Source of the DNA: Penicillus capitatus
Taxonomy: Eukaryota; Plantae; Chlorophyta
DNA length: 64,000 nt
Assembly (NCBI GenBank): GCA_965649825.1
Contig: OZ287694.1
Coordinates: 2,368,902 to 2,432,901, forward strand
Direction of reading: 5' to 3'
How positions within the stretch are numbered: position 1 is the first letter of the stretch; each line of letters begins with the position of its first letter. Under the pieces are notes generated by a model. That model did no database searches, was not told the DNA's origin, and saw only the letters and a program-made list of their open reading frames with translations. Position numbers and translations under genes: made by a program. Of the stretch, positions 33,162 to 44,482 are shown piece by piece.

Positions 33162-33975
33162 CTTGAAGGTGTGGACACCGCAGACAACGTCGACTTGAAG
33201 AGGGAGGACGAAGAGAGACTCCAGAAACGAAGAGCCGGTGCGCGTCCCGTTCAATGCGGTATTCGGATTTCGTCGTACGACGTTTGCCGTCATCCATCGG
33301 GTCCACCACATTCTGGCCGTCGCCCCCTTCGCACCATTGGCTCCTCTCTCCGTCTCAGATTTTCGTTTGGGCATACAGCAGTCGAGCAAGGTCTTCGACA
33401 ATGTCGCGTGTCTTCTGCCTGTGCCGCTTCGGCAGACGGCTGACGAGGCTAAGAAGCGTCAGCCGTTCGATGACTGTCCCAGCCTACTGTAGACTGGCAC
33501 GGCGCTTCAGGTAGAGACACTCTCTTCTACCTTCTCTGCGAGTCCTGAGATCTGGATCGCGATCTTGTTGACTGACGCCTTGCCACATGCGTTATCATGA
33601 CAGTTCTAGTGTCCCCCTCAAATGCGGGCCTTGTGGCTGAAGAAGGAAGTCGGCAGAGTTTCTCAAGGGGATGCCGCCGCCGAAATCGAACGGATAAAGC
33701 GACTCTGGAGTGGGAGCTGACAAACAGAGGCTGGACATCCCATGTCAAAGGACAACACATGTGTGGATCTCACTCCTATGCGACGAGGAGAAAAGATGTT
33801 GCTGCCAAGAAGGACTGAATCAAAGAGGCCTGTAATTTGACCGGTTGCAGATTCAACAGAATGTTCATCACGAATGTATTCACTGTGCAGGTCGTCACGG
33901 ATCCGTAAGAGACGTCGTGTTTGAAGGAGAGATCAGTGACGGCGCGCACCTTCACCTGTCACATCAGACGACGTC

Positions 33976-36280
33976 ATGTTCGTGCCTTTGCGCGGCGCTG
34001 GGCTGTTGCGCAAAGGATGGATCTCGCAGCGACACGCCACGCGGATCGTCGTCTGTCGCGAATGGGCCTTGAACGCCGCGGACGATGAAGCTTCGAACAC
34101 ACCGTCGACAGAAAAGACCAAAATACGCAGCGTCCATCACACCCTGCTCGCCGAGATCCCTCCTCAGCTCTTCTTGCGATTCAGGGGACGGCAGCACTGC
34201 GTCAGAAACTCAGACGTGCCCTGAGCCAAGAGATCCATCAGAACCCTTCAACCGAACCTACCCCGCACTCGCCTGCTAAGCTGAAGTGGGCTGAGACGTC
34301 ATGGGAAGAAGAAGGTCCAGCAGATCGTGCATGGAGTGCAGAATGATATCGTGGCGTCTTTAGGGGCATTGCCGGATCTTCAGAAGAAGAAGTCCCCAGC
34401 GGAAGTGCGCTGCTTCGACACGGCGGCAATTCACGTCAAGTCGGGCGACGGAGGCAACGGCTGCGTGGCCTTCCATCGAGAGAAGTTTGTCTCCAAAGGT
34501 CACACCATCCCTCGGCTGTCGTCTTGAGCAACGTGCTGTCACATCAGGTGGTCCATCTGGCGGTAACGGAGGGAGAGGTGGACATGTTTGGGCTGTTGCT
34601 GATCGTAATCTCAATTCGCTCCTCGGTCGGACGACAGATCAGCATCCATCCCCACGTCACATCAAGGATGCATGTGTGTGATAGGTTTCAGACGCAAAGT
34701 GCATTTCCGGGCGACACGAGGGGAAAGCGGCAAGGGATCGAATCTGACGGGCGCCCAAGGAGAGGACGCTTTCGTTGCCGTTCCTCCAGGAACCGTCATC
34801 CGCATAAAGAACGATAAGGAGACGCCTCCTCTGGCGGAACTCTTCCAACACGGTCGATCACACTTTCCGCGAGAATCTGAGTGAGAGTCTTGGTTTGGGT
34901 CACCAGGAGACAAGGCATTGTTGGTGATGGGCGGCAAGGGTGGTCGCGGGAATCTTGCCTTCAAGACGGCGCGCAACAATGCCCCGACGATTGCGGAGAA
35001 CGGAGCCCCGGGAGAGGAACAGTGGCTGGAATTGGAGTTGAAACTGGTGGCCGATGTCGGCATCATCGGCGTACCCAATGCAGGAAAGAGCACGTTATTA
35101 GCCGCCATCAGCGCAGCTAAACCCAAAGCAAAGACATCGCCTGTGCATCTCACTCTTTTCCAATGAGATATCTGGTGCAGATTGCGAACTATCCGTTCAC
35201 GACATTGACACCGAATCTCGGTGTCTGTGACTTGGACTACCGCACGACAGTCTTCGCAGATGTGCCCGGTCTCTTGGAGGGTGCTTCCAAAGGCATGCTG
35301 CCAGTGGCGGCGGATTCCAGTACTTAAGTGTGATTTCGGTGTAACAGGGATCGGATTGGGTCATGAGTTTCTGAGACACTGCATGCGATGCCGCGTCCTG
35401 GTTCACATCGTGGATGGGTCCAGCCCCGATCCTGTCGGAGACTACGAGGTCGAACGCAAAACGTCGTCTCATACTTAAAGGCGCGAGCGACTGGCGATTC
35501 TAGGCCATTCAGCTTGAGCTGAGTCTGTTCAGTCCAGACCTTGCATCCAAGCCACAGATCGTCTGCTACAACAAGACCGACATCCCCGAAGTCCGTGATG
35601 CGTGGAATCGCATGAAGTCACTGCTGATGGACAAGGTCACTCTCTTCTGTGATGTGACGGGTCGTGGACATGGAGTGCTTAGGGTGTGACGGAGGATCGG
35701 ATCTTTGCGATCAGTGCCGTCACCGGGGCGAACACAGAATCCGTGGTTCGTTCCGTACGGCAGGTACTGAAAGATCTTCCGGAAGATACGGAGACAGAAA
35801 CGAATGCCAGAAATCTGCAGAAGCCCCTTCGATCTAGCACAACGCCACAGATCGAAGACTTCGTGATCCGTGCGCAGAAAGACATCACCCCTCGTCAGTA
35901 CGTCGTGGCCGGCGAGGCAATCGAGCTCTTCACCTCCATGACCAACTGGACGTATTACGAAGCCTATCGACGGTGTGTTGTGTCTCTTGCTGATGGCGGC
36001 GGATGCGAACGGGTGTTGCAGTTTTCAGCGGGTTTTGGATCGTTCAGGGATTAGCGACGCATTGAGAGAGTACGGAGTTCGGGAGGGCGACGATGTCACC
36101 ATCGGTATGGAGCGAAGAGAGATCTACCGTCGTGGTGCAGGTCGATGTTGCGTAGGGGAACGCGTTTTTACCTGGAGCGACGATCAGTCGGAGAAGTCGC
36201 TCTTTGAGAGCTTTAAGCTGACGCAGAAAGCGGAACGCAGAGCGCTGAGAGGAAGTGCTCGATGGCCACACAGTACATGA
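33976..36280 (+). CDS. obgE: Obg/CgtA GTPase, plastid-type, many short introns
   Basis: [64 protein letters not shown] and NKTD motifs, plus a C-terminal GDDVTIG domain; transit-peptide-like N-terminus. Confidence 0.95.
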
Positions 36281-37487
36281 AGAAGCACCAAACGGGGAAA
36301 GATCTTCAATGCCTCGCTTGCCTTTTTGTCATCTCTGACCTCTAGCCATCGCTCTTCACTGGTTTAGAGAACTCGTGGTTTGTAAGCTTGCTTAAAATGG
36401 ATATTGAGCCTTGTCTAACCGTCACGTCAATCGTCAAGCGCTGGAACTGTCTGTTTGTTTCGTTTTTGTGTTACTCTTTTCAGTTTGCTCGCAACGCGCT
36501 GTAACCCGTTAGATTTGATCTTTATATGGACTTTTAGGTTGTGTCAAGTACAGCGGGTTGTATTGTTTGCGTCGGCGAACAGAGACAGGCAGATCAGTGA
36601 CAACGAGAAAGGTGCGTTCGAAACGCAAACTATTTTCCTTGGCGGGATACGAATGGTTAGACAATTCGCCGCACACGTCGCGCAATGGCAGCGAAGTTGA
36701 CTTGTGGGACGGCACTTGTGACGGTCAGGAGAGAAGGGAATATTAAGATCGTTTTGGCGGCTGTGCCGGAGTGCGCCGAGCGGAGAGCGCACTATCTACG
36801 AAGGAAAGTGGCTCGGACGTCTGCTGCACACAAGGGCGTCTATGACAGTGACGTCATGTGTATGCATCTGCCACGAAAAGTGAGACGCCGACTGCGTGGA
36901 GTGTCGTCATAGACGTTCGAATACAGATCGTCGCCTTGAAAAGACAGCCGTGAATGGATGCAATTGACTGCCTCATCAAAGCAGTTCCTGCTCCCGTCGT
37001 TTCGTTTGAGACGCTTCTTTGACGTTCTTTTGCGGTTTGCGTCGAATCGCCTCGTGGATGACGCCACTCTTTTGGCGCGTTCTCACCGCCCTTCTGCCGA
37101 AAAGCCATCTGTCTGCGGCAGATCGACGAATCGAGCAGCGTTAATGACATGATCATTCGCATGACGACGCCGCGTCTCTGAAACTCCACCAATCTGCCAA
37201 ACAGCTGTCGTTGCTGATGTGACGTCTGGATGCGAACAACCAGGAAGAGACGATTCGTGAGCAATTGTTCGCTTAGGTAGCGGCTGTACATGATCTATCC
37301 GAATTGAAATCGGGTCAGGAGCGTGCGTGGCGGAGGATGGCAGATTTCTTCAACCATAACATGTCATCATACTCAGTATGCATCAGTACATAATGGGGCT
37401 GAGCAGTGAAACATAGCACGTTAATATCACATAAGAAGATCAAAGATCCACGTTGATAGTATCAAAAAAGCAGAAGGCGCGCGTTTC

Positions 37488-38595
37488 TCAGGCAGTTGCT
37501 CCCAGAGATCTTTCGAGCTCTTTGTTAATACCAGCTCTCATTTCCGCGTAGCTGCTGTATCCAATCACAGGCTGAACAAAAGACATCCACTTTGCGTCCA
37601 TCTTCTCGTTCATTGCATCGGAGAGAAGTTTGCTGCCCTCTTTCACCTTCCCTTTTCGAACACGTCCGTCGTGTTGTTTGATTCCGCGATCACGAGGCAG
37701 ACCCATGGCCGCATTTCTAACAGATTTGATTTGATGTGCGTCGAACTTGCTTGTGTGTTTCCTCATATACCCCAGCGACGCCTGAGAACAGAGCAGGTGA
37801 CAAAGTGTGAGCAAAAGTGTGAGGGATCGACACTTGATGCTCTACAAGTTTAAGCAGTTTGGGGTTGTTTTCTCCGAGGCCGAGAAACTTGGCAACGCGA
37901 CAGATGCAGCCAGACAGATCTTCTTTCAGATCTTCATAATGAAGCCACAAGACATTGCTGTCATTGCGGTATGGATACCACGAAACTAAACCAGACACAT
38001 CAGACTGGCACAATCGGCGTCGTTGCCCTACGCAAGTGTTGCAGTTGATAGGCGTTGGCGAAGGGAGTGTAGGTGACGTTGTCCCGAACGACGAGCCAGT
38101 CGGCCAACTCATCCAAAGATACCTCGCCGTCATCAAACAGCCAGTCGCGGAAGAAATAGTAGGCAGAGGTGATGGCGTCTTTGGGGTCTCTAGACAGCGC
38201 AACGAGGTGATCGAGGCATCGTCGAGATGGAGGATGGACCTGGTGACAACAATGTACTTGCCGAATCCTTGAGGCGTCATGCCGAAGGGATGGTGCGTTC
38301 TGAAGAAACGTGGCGGCGAAAACGGCTGCTCGAATGCCAAGTCGCCATCCGGTTGGTAGCCATAGTACAGCTCGAGGGATGGGAAAACCGTATCGATTTC
38401 TTCGAAGCTCATATCGCCTCCGGAGCGGAGACCGTGCATGATTTGTTGCATCCACGTCGTTCCGCACTTCAGACCCGTCGTCAGCAGAACATCGCTTGGC
38501 CAGGGATGAAAATCGAGTCCCTTCTTCAGAGCTTCCATGGTCGTTACCCCACGTGTGCGTTCAAAAAATCTCAGCATAGCTGGTGAGCATTCCAT
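37488..38595 (-). CDS. Cytosolic-type sulfotransferase 1 (4 exons)
   Basis: PSB loop TGLKCGTTW, FRTH, R|DPKDAITSAYYF, LHYEDLKEDL and RVRKG motifs. Confidence 0.9.
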
Positions 38596-39717
38596 TGCGG
38601 GTTTGGAGGTCGGGAAGTTGAAACAGAACGTATGAATTGAGTGGAGGTTAAGGAAAAGACACGATAGGCGATGTGCGAAGGAGACCCAGAAGTTCTGCTC
38701 CCACTCGTTTTCGATCGGATGCCGTTTGATGGCGCTATTAATTTCGTCGCGTCGACGATGACGGTCCACCGACGATTTGAGACGACACGAGGTAGCCGGT
38801 CGCGCGCGGAGATCCGAGAGATCAACGGATACCCTTACCGAATGCATCTTCAAAGCTTTAACTGCTCCGAAGACCAACACCTGTATGGTTCTCGCCGAGT
38901 TCTCACCTGTATCGGCACAGACTCGACGGTTATCCTCTGACGGTTTCGTGGAGCTTTGAAGCTGCTCAGAACTCTGGTAGCCGCTCCTGGCCGCCGAACA
39001 GAACGAGGCAGATGGTGGTGGACGCGGTCAAGGACGCGGCATATTGGTATGCTGTCTGTCATGTCTCGTAAGGAGCATCGTTGGGAGCCAGTGCTGCATA
39101 GATTCTGAGAGCACCATCATTCTGTCTTCTGTTTTTTTCTTGCTGGATGAGGATTCACACCGTGAGGCTTGATCACTTTAGAACAGACAATCTTTAAACA
39201 GCACGATCGTCGCAAATCGGTTGATTGGCGTCCGGAGAGACGACCACCAGACACAAGCCGTAGATGCCAATAGAGAAGACCATTGGCAGGACAGAAGCCG
39301 GATGGGCCGATATCAAGACGCCTCCCTGTAAAAGTCTAAGGCACTCCAATGGCGGCTGTGTTGGTGGTTTGTTAACAGCTCGCGCATCAAATGGCAAAGT
39401 ACTGAAAGATGATGACGCGGTTGCCGCGACAGATAAAACGGCCATCCCTTACTTACAGCCTAATCCTTAACACTTTAAAGAAGGGAGAAATGAAGATTCA
39501 TAACCACCCATGGTTGCCGATGCGTTTTGAACGGCATCCTGTCTGGCAAACCAATAGATGGCCAGAAGATATACGACTCGGATGGATGAAGCATGCCATT
39601 CGAGAAAGAAACATAAAATCACAATTCATACGCTGTCAAGCAATGAAGTAGAAGAAAAGACTCCACGAATAGTGATCGCCCGATATGGCTTAGGTGCGTG
39701 AGGAGGCGATCGCTGAA

Positions 39718-40857
39718 TCAGGCAGAACTCGCAAAGCTCCTTCCGAGTTCCTTGTTAATTGCAGCTCGCATCTCTTCGTAGCTGCTGTGTCCTGTGACCG
39801 GCTGCATCATGGCACGCCACTTTGCGTCCATCTTCTGATGCATCTCTTCGGAGAGCAGTCTATTCCCATCTCCCAGCCTCCCATTGCGAACTCTGCCTTC
39901 GTGCGTTTGGATGCTATGATAACGCGGAAGGCCCAGCGCCTCGTTCCTGGCGATCTTGATCTGATGCGAATCGAACTTGTGCTTGTGCTTCTTCATGAAG
40001 TCGAAGGACGCCTAAGAACTGTCTATCGAACAACAGGTAGAAACATCGACGGAGAAATGCTTTGCCTGTTCCTCCACGAGCTTCAGCAGCTTGGGATCGT
40101 CTGCTCCCACGTTCAGAAACTGAGCGACCAGGCGGATGCATTGCGTCAGATCCGCCTTCATGTCCTCGTAGTGCAGCCACAAGACGTCTGCGTCTTTGCG
40201 GCGAGGGTACCACGAAACTGTACAGCAAACACACAAACAAACACAGTCAGTGAGAGACTCGAGCGCCATCCATCCCTTACCCATATGCTGCATTTGCGGC
40301 GCGTTGGCCAGAGGCATGTTCGATACCTCTTGTATCATCATCCACTCAACAAACTCGTCCATATTTATTTCGCCTTCCTCGAACACCCAGTTCTGAAGAA
40401 AGAAGTAATAGGATACAGTAGAGTCCTTCGGATTTCTGCGAAGCAGTCGACGGTGCGTACGAATCAGCAGCAAGACACAGACTTACCTGACCACGACGAT
40501 GTGCTTGCCGAATCCCTTAATGGCCATGTCATAAAGGCAATGCGTCCTGAAGAGACGGGGCGGCTCGAATGGCTGGGACGACTCCAGTTCGCGTTCGTGC
40601 TCATACTCGTAATAGAACTCGATGAATGGGATGACGAAATCGACTTCGTCGAAGTTCATGTCCCCTCCGGAGCGAAGTCCGTGCATAATCTGCTGCATCC
40701 AAGCCGTTCCTGACTTTATTCCCGTCGACAAGAGAACGTCGTCTGGACCCGGCTGGAAACGCAGCGCCTTCTCCAGAGAGTTGCGAGTGGTCATCAACGA
40801 AAGGCTTCGAAGGACTTTGCGAATGCAAAGAGGAGGCTCCGCTTCTGGAACAGGCAT
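39718..40857 (-). CDS. Cytosolic-type sulfotransferase 2 (4 exons)
   Basis: TGIKSGTAW, FRTH, RNPKD..VSYYFF, LHYEDMKADL and RVRNG motifs; same intron positions as SULT1. Confidence 0.9.
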
Positions 40858-40954
40858 CTTGAAAACTTATGGGACGAGAAACGGTAACAGGATTGAGAGC
40901 GCAGATAACGCTGACTGAACGACTTGTGAATGATCAGAATGACGAAAGATGACG

Positions 40955-41340
40955 TCACTTGCGTCCAAGACGTACGGTAGAATCTATGTTGTCGGCTGAC
41001 TGATGTGGAGGGCCTTCGTTGATTTCTAGCAAAGAGACGGGTCGTTCTTCTCCCTCGACTTGTTGCTCTAGCGGGGCCACAGTGAAAGGCCGTCCTGTGC
41101 CCAGCATTCGAACATCCATGTCTTTCCGACCGGCGGGAATGAATTCGACGCCGTCGCTGGTGACGATTTTGCCGACAGCCGCAGCGACGACTAACTCGAC
41201 GGACGACTCCGCCATGACGGTGCCATCGCGCAGCACAAATGGCGTTTGGCTGATGTTTGGCGGAGCTTGAGATAGCGTCCATTCAGATACAACCGCTGCA
41301 CCTGTCCCTGTGGAACAGCTCTCCGTTAGGTGCGTCATCC
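40955..41340 (-). pseudogene. PUS10: Pus10 pseudouridine synthase fragment A (frameshifted, internally deleted)
   Basis: NGRYLKL / NISQTPF (frameshift between them), ESSVE, GRKDMDVRMLGTGRPF, then a jump to a 3' end shared with copy B. Confidence 0.75.
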
Positions 41341-41987
41341 GCCAAGAGAAGCGCGCCGTACGGAAGGATGCCTTGTGCTCGACATTGCCAAAATGGGCGA
41401 CATCGTCGAGATCATCGCGAAATCAAACGCCAAAGGTGTTCAGACCGAAAGACCCGAAGGGTACGCTCACTCTTCCTCGATCGCCTCAACGCCATCTGTG
41501 AGAGAAGTCGCGAATTTAACGTTGTCTGATCAACAGCATCCGCATGCATGCATCAGAATCGTTCGTGTGTGTCTTGGCGAATGTAGTCTCCACGTGCAAA
41601 TAAAGACCTTCAGATGTCAGCGTCTGCAAGTTCAGTTCGTTTGAGGCATTCTCTTCCACAGAATTTGCTGCGACAGAACACTAACCGGAAGATGCACAAC
41701 CAGGGTGCGATTTTAAGAATGAGAGCATCACGAACTTTACTCTTCGTGATGCTCTGCTCGTACTGCTTGCAGTCTTTCCTGCTCGAGAATATCAGCTCTC
41801 AAAAGGCTGCGGCTGTCGTGGCAGGAGTCATGGCGTGCCAATACAAGAGTCATGTCACATCGAATGCTAGCACACGACGAATGTCGTACTGCGCTAAACG
41901 AAGTCGACGGCGACGTCTGACGAAAAGAGATTCGAAGCCAGGTCGTCGAGTTTCCGCGTTCGTCAGCAAGACACCGGCACGGTTCAG

Positions 41988-43708
41988 ATGAGGTACGTCC
42001 ATTCCCCCGGAAACATGTTCACAGTTGTGTCGTTGCAGTTCCGATGCGTTCACGCCGACGGAAGCCAGCGATCCCTGCGAAGTCGACCCAGTCACGGGAT
42101 TCGAAAGGCGTCTAAGCGCCATTCTCGAACAGGAATACCTTCTGCAAAAGGTGTTGATGCACATCGTCGAAGATGGTCTGCACGAATGCCGTCTCGTCTG
42201 TCGCCGATGGCGCGACGCCTGTCGGAGACTCCCTGTCAAGCTGGGAGAGATCCTACTGCCATCAGACAGGCTAGAGAGAGCAGCAGAGCTCTTTCCAGAA
42301 GCCGACAAGCTGACGATAGCTATAGGAATTGACGACGATAATATCGAAGAAGCACACATTATTCCACACCTGCTGCGACTGAAGAATCTGAAGCATTTCT
42401 CTCCAGTGTTCTGCGGCGGAGACATCGATCTGCAAAACCTGGTGGTCGCTTGCCTTCCGTCGATCCAGCATCTGCAATCTCTTAAACTGTGGATCGAACA
42501 CGAGGACACATTGATTTGCTTTATCAACAACCTGCGTTATCTGAAGAACTTGACATCACTGTGTTTCGGCCATAGATGCAGTCTTCGTAAAGATTTGGAT
42601 CCCGACAGCGAGGTTCGAGGACTCAGGAATTTGAAGACGGACTTCGGGTTGCTGGTAAACAGGCGTAACGAACTGGTCTTTCCTATGCTGACAGGACTCA
42701 CCAGCCTCATTATCCACGGCCCTAGTTTCAGACGTGCAGATACGTTCGCTCTCAATCTACAGGTATGCCAACTGTTGCATTCATCTGTCTGACGACTGGT
42801 GTGTGTTGTGACAGAGTATCGTGCCTTACGCTACGAATCTGCAATCACTTGGGTTCCAAACAGTCTTCGAGGAATCGTCTTTGATAGGGCCGTCCCCATG
42901 GATGTCTTTCTTACACCTTTCGGGCCTGGAGATCAGTATCTTAAACCAACGTGATATGAGCTTCTTCGAAGCACTGCAGCAGATGGACCAGCTGACAAGA
43001 CTGGATCTTAACGTCACATCCGAAAAAGACAAGCGAGGTCTGCTAGAAAGCATGGCCTCCCTAACACGTCTCAGATCGCTTGCTCTCTCCAGCGGACATC
43101 GCATTCCGTATATCCCGTCAGAGATCACGGAGCGCCTCACATTTCTCACGCAGCTGACGCAGCTGTGTTTGTATGACTTACCAGGAGACCATCCGCTGCG
43201 CTTTCCGGAGAGCACTCTCAACCTCACTCTTGGGGTTCCTAAGATTTATCCGGAAGACCTGCTCGAGGATCTCATGAACTTGACGAATCTCACGAGGTTG
43301 ACGATATACAGTAAAGAAGAGACACATCTGTCTCATTCTGACAGTGTGACGCCGTTTGATTTTTTCAAGGAACGCAGGCAGTTGAAGACGCTGCGTACGA
43401 GGAACATCTGTTTGGATCCTCCGTTTCTCGATGCTTTTAAGGCGTTGACCGGCCTGACTCAATTGTGCCTTAGTTGCGCCAAGCTACAGATGGACCACGG
43501 CCTTGTCTGTCCACAGCTGACTCTTCTCTCGAATCTGGAGGTGCTTGAGATTCCGTTCCCCAAGTTATTGGTCGATAGTGAAACTGGAGTGCCTAGAGGA
43601 AGCTTGCCTAAGCTAAAGAACATCCGACGCGCTTTTCCGCATATCTACATAGGTGAAGATACTTCCTCGGCAATGGCAAAAGTGTTTCCCTGTTTTCGAA
43701 GTCTGTGA
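41988..43708 (+). CDS. F-box-like / leucine-rich-repeat protein
   Basis: LLQKVLMHI...LHECRLVCRRWRDAC F-box-like segment, followed by many LxxLxxLxL repeats; short introns near 41993 and 42765. Confidence 0.8.
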
Positions 43709-44482
43709 TGACTGATTCTACCGTCAGCATTGCACCTTACACTTCCATAAGATCTGAATATTCAATCCGCTTTCCTAACAACGAATCACGTGTTTGTTCT
43801 TCTCGAAACGACGCAGATAACGCAGCGTCGGCGAACACTCATGTGTATACGCCGATCGGCAACGAATATCCCATCAGTCAACACTTTACAGTGAGCAGAT
43901 CATAACGATGAAACGTCGTCGTCGTCAGTTTCTGCCAAAGTAAAGAGTTACTGTCACTCGATGCATCGACGTTCACCTGCCGCAAAGATGTGACGCCGAC
44001 AGGGTTTCTCAAAGCGAGTGTTTAGGCATCGTAGAACTGGGGGCGTCGCCGCCCACCATGCGAGCTTTCTCGAGAGCGTGCGAAGATGAAGTTTACAGCG
44101 TCGCGCGCTTAGTCGATATATTATCTTCGCGTTTTTCTTGGCGCCTTGAGTAAACGACTGTCTGAAACAACGACGGTCATCCGACCGAGCGTAAGAACTA
44201 GGCAAGACGGACACCATCGAAGAACAGAAGAATACTCGCCGTTCGCCGTGACGCATCCCAATGACCTAAACGACTGCTAAGCTCAGGCGCCACGTTTGAC
44301 GTCTTCACGTCAGCGTGCGGCTTTGGCTCACTTCGAACTATTCTGTTGCGTTAGAACCTACCAGCAAAAGAGAAACGCGACGGGAACGACTATTTGTGTG
44401 ATCGATGATGGAACGTGTGATTCTCAATGCTGTTTCTTAAAGTTATTATCGTTTTAGTGTGTACGGTGCACATTTCGTATCA

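Noticed and set aside
33200-33900. Possible minus-strand gene between SmE and Obg
   Set aside because: One plausible terminal exon (..DIVEDLARLLYAQTKI*), but upstream exons could not be linked.
24499-36280. HflX and Obg as bacterial contamination or recent HGT
   Set aside because: Both have many spliceosomal introns and transit-peptide-like N-termini and sit among eukaryotic genes.
39694-40713. 339-aa plus-strand ORF antisense to SULT2 (also 53120-53890 and 54348-55055)
   Set aside because: No motifs. These are shadow frames of real minus-strand genes, and their recurrence follows from near-identity of the duplicates. Stranded RNA-seq could overturn this.
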